A DNA stretch of 64,000 nt from Alphaproteobacteria bacterium (GCA_964291675.2 OZ219866.1:2720001-2784000), one strand, 5' to 3'. Positions 10,930 through 21,649 are shown, counted from the stretch's first letter. Numbers and translations: made by a program. Notes: generated by a model from the letters alone, not told the origin.

Positions 10930-11673
10930 ATGGACGGCACCACCAGCGGGATCGGCGCGAAGGTCGTCGCCCTCCGGGAGACCTGGCACACCAAGAAGCA
11001 CCCGTTCTTCCAGGCGATGACCGACGGGTCGCTGCCGCTCAAGGCGCTCGGGATCTACATGGCGAACCACTACAAGTTCGTCGAACAGGCGCTGCCGTCC
11101 TTCGGCCTGCTGCTCTACCGCGCGCCCAAGGACGTCGTCCAGTCGCTGGTCGAGAACCTGGCCGAGGAAGAGGGGCTGATCGCCTCCCCCGGCGAGGACA
11201 AGCAGCCGCACGACCACACCGAGATGATCTTCGACTTCTGCAACGCGGCCGGGCTCGCCACCGAAGAGGTCAGGAAGCTGAAGATGGGTCCCGCCTGGTG
11301 GGGGCGTACCCTGCACTACGTCCACTGCCTGCGCGACGAGCCGGTGGGCGTGGCGCTCGCCATGCAGTCGACCCAGGAGGGCCAGCAGGTCGCGCTCAAC
11401 ACCGAGATCACCATCCCTTCCTTGGCGAAGCATTACGGCTACGGAGCGGATGCGAAGGAGATCGCCTTCTTCGTCGAGCACGCCGAGGCGGACCTCGAGC
11501 ATTCCAACCGCCAGATGGCGCTCTGCGAGAAATACGTCACGCCCGAGCTGGAGGCGCGCACGCTGGAGGTCTGCGAGGAGGCGGTCCGGCTGCGCTGGGC
11601 GTCGATTACCGAGATCTACCGCGAGCACGTGCTCAACGAGGCCGGGATCCTGCCCCCCGGCGTCGCCGCCTGA
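10930..11673 (+). CDS. Heme-oxygenase-like diiron redox enzyme (TenA/PqqC/CADD family)
   Basis: KHPFF, ENLAEEEG...H, QEGQ, FFVEHAEADLEH ligand pattern; GGAG RBS before ATG 10930. Confidence 0.82.
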   Translation: MDGTTSGIGAKVVALRETWHTKKHPFFQAMTDGSLPLKALGIYMANHYKFVEQALPSFGLLLYRAPKDVVQSLVENLAEEEGLIASPGEDKQPHDHTEMIFDFCNAAGLATEEVRKLKMGPAWWGRTLHYVHCLRDEPVGVALAMQSTQEGQQVALNTEITIPSLAKHYGYGADAKEIAFFVEHAEADLEHSNRQMALCEKYVTPELEARTLEVCEEAVRLRWASITEIYREHVLNEAGILPPGVAA

Positions 11674-11689
11674 ACCTGCCGGGGTCCGG

Positions 11690-13093
11690 TCAGGGCAGGA
11701 AGTCGTCCAGCTCCACGCTGTCGAAGTTCTTCGGGATCGCGCGCTCGAAGCGGGCGCGCGCCTCGACCTGGGTCGGCGCCGGCATGGTCGCGTCGATCAT
11801 CCACTTGGTGCCGATCCGGTGCAGGCTGTCCATCCCCTCGACGATGGGCGAGATGTTGTCGAGCGGGAACACCCGGGTGTTGGGGATCAGGACCACGTCC
11901 TTCTCGGCATGCACCCGGGTGGTCATCGACCACATCACCTGGCGCAGATCCGCGGCGTCGATGTCCTCGTCGACGGCGATCGCCACCTTGGGGTGGAGAT
12001 AGGGTCCCGACAGCGCCGCCATCAGCGCGGTCTTGGCCTGGCCCTCCACCCGGGGGCGGATTTTCAGCACCAGCATCATCAGCCCGGCCGCGGTGACGCA
12101 ACGGATGTCGCGCAAATCGAGCCCGCCCTCGACATTGCGCAAATGCTCCCGGGTCGCGATCTCGATGCCGAGCGCGGTGGTCTGCTGCGTGTCGGTGACC
12201 GGGAAGCCGCAATGGATGGCGTAGAAGATCGGGTCCCTGCGCCGGGTGATCGCCTTGACCCTGAAGATCTCGGAATGGCCCTGCATGGCGTAGGTGCCGG
12301 GCACCTCGCCGAACGGGCCTTCGGGCTCGAGATGGTTGGGCAGCACCTCGCCCTCGATCACCAGCTCGGCCTCGGCCGGGACCTCCACGTCGATGGTCTC
12401 GCACTTGACCATGCGCACCGCCTCGCCCATCAGCCCGCCGGAGAGTTCGAGCTCGTCCACGCCGAACCGGGTCGTGTAGGCCGAGCCGAAGAAGATCGCC
12501 GGGTGCACGCCGAACACCATCGCCACCGGGGTCGGCTCGTTGCGCGCCGAGTACATGTCGTAGATCCGCCGCGCTTGGCGGTGCAGCATCAGGAACCCGG
12601 TCTTGTCGCGCCCCATGATCTGCTGGCGGTGGATCGACATGTTGCGGATGCCGGTCTCGGGGTCCTTGATGATCGCCATGCCCGATGCGAGGAAGCGCCC
12701 GCCGTCCTTCTCCGAGACGATCATCGACGGGATGTCGTCGAGGTCGGCGTCGTCCCCCTTGAGGATCACCTCCTTGACCGGCGCGCGGTCGGCATCGACG
12801 TCCTCCGTCGGGATCGGCTCGCGCAGCCGGAGCGACATGGTCTCCAGCATCTCGTCCTCGGGGATGCCGAGCCCGATCGACCATTTCCTGCGGTCGGCGA
12901 GGATCTGGCTGCAGGCCTGCCAGCCCGCATGGCCCTTGATGTTGCTGAACAGGCTCGACTTCCCGAGATCGTTATAGGTCTTCCACTCGACCGCCGACAT
13001 GTTGGAGAGCGGGTCGACCTCCTTGGTGAAGTGGATCATCTCGCCCTGCTGCTGCAGGTTGGCGAGAAAGGTGCGGTAGGATTGATCGGGCAT
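11690..13093 (-). CDS. UbiD family prFMN-dependent (de)carboxylase
   Basis: DGGRF, RNMSIHRQ, EVPAEAELVIEG, EGPFGE, VDEDID motifs. Confidence 0.93.
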   Translation of the reverse strand: MPDQSYRTFLANLQQQGEMIHFTKEVDPLSNMSAVEWKTYNDLGKSSLFSNIKGHAGWQACSQILADRRKWSIGLGIPEDEMLETMSLRLREPIPTEDVDADRAPVKEVILKGDDADLDDIPSMIVSEKDGGRFLASGMAIIKDPETGIRNMSIHRQQIMGRDKTGFLMLHRQARRIYDMYSARNEPTPVAMVFGVHPAIFFGSAYTTRFGVDELELSGGLMGEAVRMVKCETIDVEVPAEAELVIEGEVLPNHLEPEGPFGEVPGTYAMQGHSEIFRVKAITRRRDPIFYAIHCGFPVTDTQQTTALGIEIATREHLRNVEGGLDLRDIRCVTAAGLMMLVLKIRPRVEGQAKTALMAALSGPYLHPKVAIAVDEDIDAADLRQVMWSMTTRVHAEKDVVLIPNTRVFPLDNISPIVEGMDSLHRIGTKWMIDATMPAPTQVEARARFERAIPKNFDSVELDDFLP

Positions 13094-13175
13094 CGGCCGG
13101 ACTCCGGGAAACGCGCGCCCGACCGCCTGCCGGCCCGGGCTTCGGCGTGGTTTTAGAGGGCGGGCGGGGCGGGCG

Positions 13176-14009
13176 CTACTGCCCCTTGAAGCTGGGGCGG
13201 CGGCGCTCGGCGAAGGCCTTGAGCCCCTCCGCGCGGTCCTCCGACCAGGCCAGCATGTAAGCGAGATCCGCCTCCTGCATGAAGCCGTGCATCAGCGGCA
13301 GGTCCATGCCGCGGTCGATCGCCTGCTTGGTCATCATGATGGCGAGCGGACCGTTCCGCGCCATCGCCTCGACGATCTCGCGCGCCTTGGCGAGCGCCTC
13401 GCCCTTCGGCGTGACGTGGTTGACGATGCGGTAGGACCGGGCTTCCTCGGCGCCGATCCGGCGCGCCGTCCAGATCAGCTCCTTGGCGAGCGCGGCGCCG
13501 ATCATGCGGGGCAGGTTCTGGGTGCCGCCGGCGCCCGGGATCAGGCCATGGCGGGATTCCGGCAGGCCGAACTGGGCGTCCTCGCCGGCGACGATGAGGT
13601 CGCCGAACATGGCGAGCTCGAACCCGCCGCCGAGGCAATAGCCCTCGACCGCCGAGATCACCGGCTTGGTATAGGCCTGCATGAACTTGTAGAGCACCCG
13701 GTTGCGGCGCACGTTGTAGCGGGCGCGGTAGTTGTCGTAGCGCTCGTGGATCTCGTCCTTGAACCCGCTGAGGTCGGCGCCGGAGCAGAACGCGCGCTCG
13801 TCGCCCTGGAGGATGACGGCGAGGATGTCGCGGTCGAGCTCGACCTCGGCCAGCGCGTCCATGATCTCCTCGGCCATGGGCTCGTTGATCGCGTTCATCA
13901 CCTCCGGCCGGTCGAGCGTCACCTCGAGCGCGGCGTCGCGCCGCTCGGTCTTGATGTTCTCGTAGTCGCCGTTCTCGGTCGCCACCCCCGCCTCCAGCCA
14001 GTCATGCAA
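13176..14009 (-). CDS. Enoyl-CoA hydratase/isomerase (crotonase) family
   Basis: LDRPEVMNAIN, AFCSGADL, GGGFELA, GLPE...PGAGGTQNLPR. Confidence 0.92.
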   Translation of the reverse strand: MHDWLEAGVATENGDYENIKTERRDAALEVTLDRPEVMNAINEPMAEEIMDALAEVELDRDILAVILQGDERAFCSGADLSGFKDEIHERYDNYRARYNVRRNRVLYKFMQAYTKPVISAVEGYCLGGGFELAMFGDLIVAGEDAQFGLPESRHGLIPGAGGTQNLPRMIGAALAKELIWTARRIGAEEARSYRIVNHVTPKGEALAKAREIVEAMARNGPLAIMMTKQAIDRGMDLPLMHGFMQEADLAYMLAWSEDRAEGLKAFAERRRPSFKGQ

Positions 14010-14119
14010 AGGCCGGCATTATAGCGGCGGGGCGGGGCGGTGCTATGGACCGGCCTTTGCGCGCCCGCTATATCTCCGCCCGCCCGGCGCGGGCCGCATT
14101 GCAGGGGAGAACGGGGACC

Positions 14120-15640
14120 ATGGAGACCTATCGACTCTATATCGACGGCGCCTTCGTCGATGCCGGGGGCGGCAGGACGAAGCCCAGCATCAACCCGTTC
14201 GACGGCGAGGCGATCGCCGACATCCCGGTCGCCGGCCCGGGCGATGCGGAGAAGGCGATCGCCGCCGCGCGCAGGGCTTTCGACGAGGGGCCGTGGCCAG
14301 GCATGAGCGGCGAGGAGCGCTCGGCGCTGATCGGCGCGCTCGCCGCCCGGATGAAGGAGCGCCAGAAGGAGCTCGCGGCCAACGAAGCGCGCGATTCCGG
14401 CGGCACCATCGCCAAATGCGGCGCCGATGCCTATCTCGCCCAGCGCCAGATGGCCTGGTTCGGCGAGATGGCCAGGCGCTACAACGCCGAGGCCCGCGAG
14501 ATCGAGGGCATGTCCCGTCCCGGGCGGTCCTTCAACTACACGATCCGCGAGCCGATCGGCGTCTGCGCCTCGATCATCCCGTGGAACTTTCCCCTGCTGA
14601 TGGCGGTGTGGAAGCTCGGCCCGGCGCTCGCCACCGGCAACACCATCGTCCTGAAGCCGGCCAGCGACACGCCGCTCAATGCGCTGGAGCTCGCCCGCAT
14701 CGTCGACGAAATCGGCTTCCCGCCCGGCGTGGTCAACATCATCGCCGGCCCCGGCGGGACCATCGGCGAAGTCATGACCACCAGCCCGCTGGTCGACAAG
14801 GTGGCGTTCACCGGCTCCACCGAGGTGGGCCGCGACATCATGGCCAAGGCCGCGGGCACGCTGAAGAAGGTCACCCTCGAATGCGGCGGCAAGTCGGCCA
14901 ATATCGTGCTGCACGACGCCAACTGGGACATCGCGGTCGACGGCTCGATCTTCGCCTCGTTCTACCACCAGGGCCAGGTCTGCGAGTCCGGTACCAGGCT
15001 GCTGCTGCCCAGCGATCAGCACGACGATTTCGTCGGCCAGATGGTCGCCAAGCTGGAAGCGCTGCCGATGGGCGACCCGCTCGACCCGGCGACCCGGCTC
15101 GGGCCGGTGGTGTCGGAGCGCCACATGGAGACCGTGCTCGACTATATCGAGCTCGGCAAGAAGGAGGGGGCGACGCTCGCCTGCGGCGGAGCGCGGGCGA
15201 CCGAGGGCCCGCTCGGCAAGGGGTATTTCATCGAGCCCACCGTGTTCACCGACGTCACCAACGACATGCGCATCGCCCGGGAGGAGATCTTCGGCCCGGT
15301 GCTGTGCGTGCTCAAATACGACAGCGAGGATGAGGCGGTCTCGATCGCCAACGACTCGATCTTCGGCCTCGGCGGCGGCGTCTGGAGCGAGGACCTCGAC
15401 CACGCGCGCGAGATCGCCGCCCGGATGCGCACCGGCACGGTGTGGATCAACGACTGGCATCTGCTGAGCGAGCGCATGCCGTTCGGCGGCTACAAGCAGT
15501 CGGGGATCGGCCGCGAGTTCGGCGAGGAGGGGCTGAACGAGTACACCGAGGTCAAGGCGCTGCATGTCGACGACACGCGGACGCGCGACAACAAGCCCTG
15601 GTACGACATGCTGGTGCCGCGCGCCAAGACGGACGCCTGA
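14120..15640 (+). CDS. NAD(P)-dependent aldehyde dehydrogenase
   Basis: PWNFP, FTGSTEVG, LECGGKS, GQVC catalytic Cys, EEIFGPV, PFGGYKQSGIGRE. Confidence 0.95.
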   Translation: METYRLYIDGAFVDAGGGRTKPSINPFDGEAIADIPVAGPGDAEKAIAAARRAFDEGPWPGMSGEERSALIGALAARMKERQKELAANEARDSGGTIAKCGADAYLAQRQMAWFGEMARRYNAEAREIEGMSRPGRSFNYTIREPIGVCASIIPWNFPLLMAVWKLGPALATGNTIVLKPASDTPLNALELARIVDEIGFPPGVVNIIAGPGGTIGEVMTTSPLVDKVAFTGSTEVGRDIMAKAAGTLKKVTLECGGKSANIVLHDANWDIAVDGSIFASFYHQGQVCESGTRLLLPSDQHDDFVGQMVAKLEALPMGDPLDPATRLGPVVSERHMETVLDYIELGKKEGATLACGGARATEGPLGKGYFIEPTVFTDVTNDMRIAREEIFGPVLCVLKYDSEDEAVSIANDSIFGLGGGVWSEDLDHAREIAARMRTGTVWINDWHLLSERMPFGGYKQSGIGREFGEEGLNEYTEVKALHVDDTRTRDNKPWYDMLVPRAKTDA

Positions 15641-15642
15641 GC

Positions 15643-16623
15643 GTGATCGACGCCGCCATCGTCGGCCTCGGCCGCTGGGGCCAGACGCTGGTCGATTCGC
15701 TCGGCGAGGGGTCCGACGCGATCCGCTTTGTCCGCGCCGTCACCCGGACCCCGTCGAAGGTCGAGGACTACGCGGCGGCGAAGGGGCTGGCGCTGGGGGC
15801 GGATTATCACGCCGCGCTCGCCGATACGGGGATCGACGCGGTTGTGCTGGCGACGCCGCACTCGCTGCATGGCGGCCAGATCGTCGCCGCGGCGAAGGCC
15901 GGCAAGCACGTGTTCTGCGAGAAGCCCCTCACCCTGACCGCGGCCGACGCGGCGGTGGCGATCGAGGCGGCGGACACGGCCGGGGTCGTGCTGGCGGTCG
16001 GCCACAACCGGCGCTTCGCGCCCAACTTCCGCGCACTCCGCTCGATCCTCGACGCGGGCCGGCTGGGCGACGTCCTGCACGTCGAAGGCAATTTCTCGGC
16101 CGATCTCCGGCGCGCGGCGGAGACCTGGCGCGCCGATGCGGCGGAGAGCCCGGCGGGCGGGATGACCTCGCTCGGCATCCACGTGGTCGACGCCTTCGTC
16201 GGGCTCGCCGGACCGGTGACTTCCGTCCGGACCCGGAGCAAGCGGATCGCGCTGCCCTTCGGCGTCGACGATGCGACCTCGGTGCTGATCGACTTCGATT
16301 CCGGCTGCACCGGCTATCTCGGCACCGTCGCCGCGACCGCCCATCTCTACCAGCTTCGCGTCATCGGCACCGGCGGCTGGGCCCAGATCCACGCGCTCGA
16401 CCGGCTGGAGGCGGAATTCGTCGACGGCGGAAGCGAGGACCGAAGCTGGGACGGCTACGACTACCCCGGCTACCGGACGATACGGGAGTGCCTGGAGGCC
16501 TTCGCGGCCGCCGCCTCGGGCGGCGCGCCGTTCCCCATCCCGCCCGGCGAGATCGGCCACGCGACGGGGGTGCTGGAGGCGATCGTCCGTTCCGCGGAGA
16601 GCGGCGAGGCTCAGCCGGTTTGA
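15643..16623 (+). CDS. Gfo/Idh/MocA family oxidoreductase
   Basis: GTG start after ALDH; IVGLGRWG, ATPHSLH, GKHVFCEKP, GHNRRF. Confidence 0.9.
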   Translation: MIDAAIVGLGRWGQTLVDSLGEGSDAIRFVRAVTRTPSKVEDYAAAKGLALGADYHAALADTGIDAVVLATPHSLHGGQIVAAAKAGKHVFCEKPLTLTAADAAVAIEAADTAGVVLAVGHNRRFAPNFRALRSILDAGRLGDVLHVEGNFSADLRRAAETWRADAAESPAGGMTSLGIHVVDAFVGLAGPVTSVRTRSKRIALPFGVDDATSVLIDFDSGCTGYLGTVAATAHLYQLRVIGTGGWAQIHALDRLEAEFVDGGSEDRSWDGYDYPGYRTIRECLEAFAAAASGGAPFPIPPGEIGHATGVLEAIVRSAESGEAQPV

Positions 16624-17555
16624 TCGCGCTCGGCGCGCGACGTCGCCGCATAGACCCCGGCGAAGACCAGCACGATCCCGGCCGCGTGGTACCAGCGCGG
16701 CTCTTCCCCGAAGAAGGCGACCGCCATCGCCGTCCCGAAGATCGGCACGGTGTAGATGAAATAGCCCGCCGTGTTGGCGCCCACCCGGGCGATGGCCCCG
16801 ACCCAGAGGATCTGGGCGATCAGCGACGGGAACAGCGCGATGAACCCGACCGCCGCCATCGCGCCCGGGGTCCAGTCCGCCACCCGCCCCAGCACGACGG
16901 CTTCCAGCAGGAACAGTGGCAGGCAGGTGATCGCGCCGACCGCGCAGAGCACCGCCATCAGCTCGGTCGGGCTCAACGCCTGCGGCGCGCGCCTGAGGCT
17001 GGTCGAGTAGAAGGCGTAGCAGAGCGTGCTCGCCCAGAGCAGCGGGTCGCCGATCCCCACCGACAGCGTCAGCAGGACCGCCGGCTCGCCGCGCACGATG
17101 ATCGTGAGGATGCCGAGGAAGCCGATCGCCACGCCGCAGATCTGCACCCGCGAGATTCCGACCCCGAAGAACAGCCACGAAACGAGCACGATGTTGATCG
17201 TCATCGTGGCCAGCAGGATCGAGCCGTTAATCGCCTGGGTGTGCTCCAGCCCGAGGAAGAACAGGCCGCCGAAGGCGGTCATGTTGAGGCAGCCCAGCAG
17301 CAGGAGGTCGCGCCAATGCGCCCGCACGACGCTGCGCTTGGCGATCAGCGCCCGCCCGGTGAACGGCAGGACCGCAAGCAGGGCGATCGACCAGCGCCAG
17401 AAATTGATCGTCAGCGGCGGCACTTCCGGCGTCGCCGCCCGCCCGGCGATGATAGTCCCCGCCCAGCACAGCGCGACGAAGAGCAGGATCGCAAAGGCGG
17501 CCGTCCGTCCGGGCAGCGCGCCTTCGATCCGCGCGAGGAGGGAGGGGCTGGACAC
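16611..17555 (-). CDS. DMT/EamA family transporter
   Basis: About 10 hydrophobic segments, duplicated EamA pattern, PIFG...FFGE; start uncertain. Confidence 0.85.
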   Translation of the reverse strand: MSSPSLLARIEGALPGRTAAFAILLFVALCWAGTIIAGRAATPEVPPLTINFWRWSIALLAVLPFTGRALIAKRSVVRAHWRDLLLLGCLNMTAFGGLFFLGLEHTQAINGSILLATMTINIVLVSWLFFGVGISRVQICGVAIGFLGILTIIVRGEPAVLLTLSVGIGDPLLWASTLCYAFYSTSLRRAPQALSPTELMAVLCAVGAITCLPLFLLEAVVLGRVADWTPGAMAAVGFIALFPSLIAQILWVGAIARVGANTAGYFIYTVPIFGTAMAVAFFGEEPRWYHAAGIVLVFAGVYAATSRAERDQTG

Positions 17556-17689
17556 GGCGGCGATCCTATAGCGCCCGCACCGCCGCGCCGATAGGCTATG
17601 CTCACGGAATTGTGAGGCTCGGCTTGCTTGCGGATGCCGCCCGCCGCCCAAAGTAAAGGCGAACGATTCTTTTGGGAGGATTTGAGGCC

Positions 17690-18688
17690 ATGTCGATTCC
17701 GTCGAAGACCGTCGCGCGCGCGTTCGGAGCGGGGGGCGCGCTCGCGCTCCTGCTCGTTGCCGCGACCGCCGCCGCCAGCCCGGCCTCCTGGAAGTCGTCC
17801 TGGCCGAAGACCGACTTCTCGAAGCATTCCGTTCCGTTCGAGGAGATCATGTCGGGCGGCCCGCCGAAGGACGGCATCCCCTCGATCGACGATCCGAAAT
17901 TCGTGCCCCTCGCCGAGGCGACCGACCTCGCCGATACCGAGCCGGTGATCACGGTGAAGATCGGCGAGGACGCGCGCGCCTACCCGCTGCGGGTGCTGAT
18001 CTGGCACGAGATCGTCAACGACACCGTGGGCGGCATGCCGGTCTCGGTGACCTATTGCCCGCTCTGCAACTCGGCGATCGTGTTCGACCGCCGCCTCGAC
18101 GGGCGGGTGCTCGATTTCGGCACCACCGGCAAGCTGCGCAACAGCGACCTCGTCATGTACGACCGCCAGACCGAGAGCTGGTGGCAGCAATTCACCGGCA
18201 CCGGGATCGTCGGCGAGCTGGACGGCAAGATGCTCAGGATCCTGCCGGCCCGGGTCGAGTCCTTCGCCCTGTTCAAGGAGCGCCACGCGGACGGGCGGGT
18301 CCTGGTGCCCAACAGCTCGGCGATGCGGCCCTACGGCATGAACCCCTATACCGGCTACGACAGCGCCACGCGCCCCTTCCTCTATCGCGGCGACCTGCCC
18401 GAGGGCATCGCGCCGATGGCCTATGTGGTCAAGGTGGGCGACGAGGCCTGGCCGCTAGAACTGCTCCGGGAACGCAAGGAGCTGACCGCCGGCGATCTGC
18501 GGCTGCGCTGGCTGCCGGGGCAGAACTCCGCCCTGGATTCGGGCGCGATCCCGGAAGGCCGCGATATCGGCAACGTGATCGTCGAGCGCCGCGACGGCGA
18601 CGAGTGGAAGGACGAGGTGCACGATCTCACCTTCGCCTTCGTGTTCCACGCCTTCGTGCCCGGCGGGACGCTTCACAAGGGCGGGTGA
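17690..18688 (+). CDS. DUF3179 domain exported protein (CxxC form)
   Basis: Signal peptide; GGPPKDGIPSID, ARAYPL, HEIVND, YCPLCNS, FGTTGKL, MYDRQTESWWQQ. Confidence 0.9.
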   Translation: MSIPSKTVARAFGAGGALALLLVAATAAASPASWKSSWPKTDFSKHSVPFEEIMSGGPPKDGIPSIDDPKFVPLAEATDLADTEPVITVKIGEDARAYPLRVLIWHEIVNDTVGGMPVSVTYCPLCNSAIVFDRRLDGRVLDFGTTGKLRNSDLVMYDRQTESWWQQFTGTGIVGELDGKMLRILPARVESFALFKERHADGRVLVPNSSAMRPYGMNPYTGYDSATRPFLYRGDLPEGIAPMAYVVKVGDEAWPLELLRERKELTAGDLRLRWLPGQNSALDSGAIPEGRDIGNVIVERRDGDEWKDEVHDLTFAFVFHAFVPGGTLHKGG

Positions 18689-18779
18689 GGCGCGGTCCCG
18701 GCCATTGTCGACAAACCGGGCTCGGCCTATATTCGGATCGCTCGGAACGAGGCGGATTTGCGAGGGTCTCGGCACCTAG

Positions 18780-20882
18780 ATGCCCCTGGACGCAGCATAT
18801 CCCGACATCGCCTTCTCGGTTTGCCCGCATGACTGCCCGAGCGCCTGCGCGCTCGACGTCGAGCGCCTGGCGCCTGACCGGATCGGCGCGGTGCGCGGCG
18901 CGGAGGACAACCGCTACACCGCGGGCGTGGTGTGCGCCAAGGTCGCCCGCTACGCCGAGCGGGTGCATCACCCGGACCGCCTGACCCGGCCGTTGCTTCG
19001 GACCGGGCCCAGGGGGTCGGGCGACTTCGCCGAGATCTCCTGGGACGAAGCGCTCGACCGGGTGGCCGATGTCTTCGCCGAGCGCGCCGCGCGCCTGGGC
19101 AACGAGACCGTCTGGCCCTACTACTACGCCGGCACCATGGGGCTGGTGCAGCGCGAGGGCATCAACCGTCTGCGCCACGTCATGCGTTATTCGCGGCAGT
19201 TGAGGACCATCTGTTCGGCGCTGACCGACGCCGGCTGGCTGGCCGGTGTGGGCGCCAGGTACGGCCCCGATAGCTGCGAGGTGGCGCTCAGCGACCTGAT
19301 CGTGGTCTGGGGCTCCAATCCGGTCCACACCCAGGTCAACCTGATGCACCACATCGCCGTCGCCAGAAAGACGCGCGGGGCCAAGCTGGCGGTGATCGAC
19401 CCTTACCGGACCGGGACCGCGAAGATCGCCGACCTTCATCTCGCGCTGCGCCCGGGCACCGACGGCGCGCTCGCCTGCGCGACGATGCACGTGCTGTTCC
19501 GCGACGGCTGGGCCGACCGGGGCTACATGGCGCGCTACGCCGACGACCCCGACCGGCTGGAAGCCCATCTCGCCGACCGCACGCCGGAATGGGCGGCCCG
19601 CATCACCGGGCTCGACGCCGCCGAGATCGAGGACTTCGCGGCGCTCTACGGCGCCAACAAGAAGGCGATGATCCGCGCCGGCTACGGCTTCTCGCGCTCG
19701 CGCAACGGGGCGGTCAACTACCACGCCGTGACCTGCCTGCCCACGGTGACCGGCGCCTGGGCGCATGAGGGCGGCGGCGCGCTCTACGCCAATAGCGGGC
19801 TGTTCGGCATCGACATGCGGCTGATCGATGGCACCGACGCCCTCGACCGCGACACGCGGGTTCTCGACATGTCGCGCATCGGCGCGGTGCTGACCGGCGA
19901 TCCGCGGGATATCGGCGACGGCCCGCCGGTCACCGCCATGCTGATCCAGAACACCAACCCGATGTCGGTGGCGCCCGAGCTGGGAAAGGTGAGAGAGGGC
20001 TTTTGCCGCGAGGATCTGTTCGTCTGCGTGCACGAGCAGTTCATGACCGAGACCGCGCGCATGGCCGATATCGTGCTGCCGGCGACGACGTTTCTCGAAC
20101 ATGACGACCTCTATGTCTCGCTCGGCCACACCCATCTCCAGATCGGCCCGCGCGCCATCGAGCCGCTCGGCGAAGCGCGGTCCAACCACGACGTGCTGTG
20201 CGCGCTCGCCCGGCGGCTCGGCGCGGAGCACGAAGGCTTTGGCATCGACGCCTGGGAGACGATCGACCGGACATTGTTGGCCTCGGGCTATTGCGGCGCC
20301 GACGAGCTGCGCGAGAGACGCTGGGTCGATTGCAACCCCCCCTTCGGAAAGGGCCATTTCACCGACGGGTTCCCGAATACGGACGGCCGCTTCCGCTTCG
20401 CCCCCGACTGGGCGGCGCTCGGCCCCCTGCATGAAGGGATGCCGGCGCTTCCCGACCACCACGCGATCATCGACGCGGCGGATGCGCGCCACCCGTTTCG
20501 GCTGGTCACCGCACCGTCGCGGAGCTTTCTCAATTCGAGCTTCACCGAGACCCCGACCGGGCAGGCGCAGGAAGACCGGCCGCGCGCGAAGATCCATCCC
20601 GAGGATTGCCGCCGGCTCGGCGTTGCCGCGGGGGACCGGGTGCGGATCGGCAATGACAGGGGGGCCGTCACCGTCGCCGCCGAGCCATTCGACGGGCTTC
20701 AGGAAGGCGTGACGATCGTCGAGGGGATCTGGCCCGGCAGCGCGTTCGAGGAAGAGATCGGCATCAACCTGCTGGTCAGCGCCGATCCCGGCCCGCCATC
20801 GGGTGGCGCGGTGTTCCACGATACCGCGGTGTGGATCGAGCCGGCCGGCCAAGCGCCGGATCGGCACGGGGGAGCCGCATGA
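18780..20882 (+). CDS. Molybdopterin-dependent oxidoreductase (DMSO reductase superfamily, cytoplasmic)
   Basis: CPHDCPSAC...C [4Fe-4S] motif, ISWDEALD, ETARMADIVLPA, FLNSSF, IHPED; no Tat motif. Confidence 0.92.
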   Translation: MPLDAAYPDIAFSVCPHDCPSACALDVERLAPDRIGAVRGAEDNRYTAGVVCAKVARYAERVHHPDRLTRPLLRTGPRGSGDFAEISWDEALDRVADVFAERAARLGNETVWPYYYAGTMGLVQREGINRLRHVMRYSRQLRTICSALTDAGWLAGVGARYGPDSCEVALSDLIVVWGSNPVHTQVNLMHHIAVARKTRGAKLAVIDPYRTGTAKIADLHLALRPGTDGALACATMHVLFRDGWADRGYMARYADDPDRLEAHLADRTPEWAARITGLDAAEIEDFAALYGANKKAMIRAGYGFSRSRNGAVNYHAVTCLPTVTGAWAHEGGGALYANSGLFGIDMRLIDGTDALDRDTRVLDMSRIGAVLTGDPRDIGDGPPVTAMLIQNTNPMSVAPELGKVREGFCREDLFVCVHEQFMTETARMADIVLPATTFLEHDDLYVSLGHTHLQIGPRAIEPLGEARSNHDVLCALARRLGAEHEGFGIDAWETIDRTLLASGYCGADELRERRWVDCNPPFGKGHFTDGFPNTDGRFRFAPDWAALGPLHEGMPALPDHHAIIDAADARHPFRLVTAPSRSFLNSSFTETPTGQAQEDRPRAKIHPEDCRRLGVAAGDRVRIGNDRGAVTVAAEPFDGLQEGVTIVEGIWPGSAFEEEIGINLLVSADPGPPSGGAVFHDTAVWIEPAGQAPDRHGGAA

Positions 20883-20910
20883 GCCCCCGGCGAGGAAGCG
20901 GGTAGGCGCC

Positions 20911-21630
20911 ATGGCCAGGGATGTGACCCGCAGGCCGGGCAGCGGTGCCGCCAGATCGACGGGCGGCGATGTCGGGAAGTTCCTCGACCGGCTCGCGCAA
21001 ACGCCCAAGCTGAAGACCCCGGGCGGCAAGGGGCGGCTGATCTTCGCGATGGACGCGACGGCCAGCCGCGAGCCGAGCTGGGACCGGGCCTGCCACATCC
21101 AGGCCGAGATGTTCCGCGAGACCGAGGTTCTGGGCGGGCTCGAGGTGCAGCTCGTCTTCTACCGGGGCTTCGGCGAATGCAGGGCGAGCCCGTGGGTCGA
21201 TTCCTCGGGCGAGCTGGTGCGCCGCATGACCGCCGTCCGCTGCCTCGGCGGACAGACCCAGATCGGCAAGGTCCTCCGGCACGCCCTCAAGGAGACCGAG
21301 AAGAAGAAGGTCAACGCGCTGGTCTTCGTCGGCGACTGCATGGAGGAGGACGTGGACCGGCTCTGCCACCATGCCGGACGCCTCGGCGTGCTCGGCATGC
21401 CCGCCTTCATGTTCCAGGAAGGCGGCGAGCCGATCGCCACGCGCGCCTTCCGGCAGATCGCGAGGCTCACCGGCGGCGCCTATTGCAGCTTCGATTCGTC
21501 TTCCGCCCGCCAGCTTCGCGAATTGCTCGGCGCGGTGGCGGTGTTCGCCGCCGGCGGCCGGCTCGCGCTCAGCGACTACGGCAAGCGCACCGGAGGGGCG
21601 GCCTTGCAGATCACCAAGCAGATCGGCTGA
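20911..21630 (+). CDS. VWA domain-containing protein
   Basis: LIFAMDATASR MIDAS-like motif, GGQTQI, FVGDCMEE. Confidence 0.85.
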   Translation: MARDVTRRPGSGAARSTGGDVGKFLDRLAQTPKLKTPGGKGRLIFAMDATASREPSWDRACHIQAEMFRETEVLGGLEVQLVFYRGFGECRASPWVDSSGELVRRMTAVRCLGGQTQIGKVLRHALKETEKKKVNALVFVGDCMEEDVDRLCHHAGRLGVLGMPAFMFQEGGEPIATRAFRQIARLTGGAYCSFDSSSARQLRELLGAVAVFAAGGRLALSDYGKRTGGAALQITKQIG

Positions 21631-21649
21631 GCGCCCTAGACGCCCGCCC

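Noticed and set aside
17690-18688. DUF3179 as a second selenoprotein
   Set aside because: The family includes Sec members, but this copy has CPLC with ordinary Cys codons and no in-frame TGA
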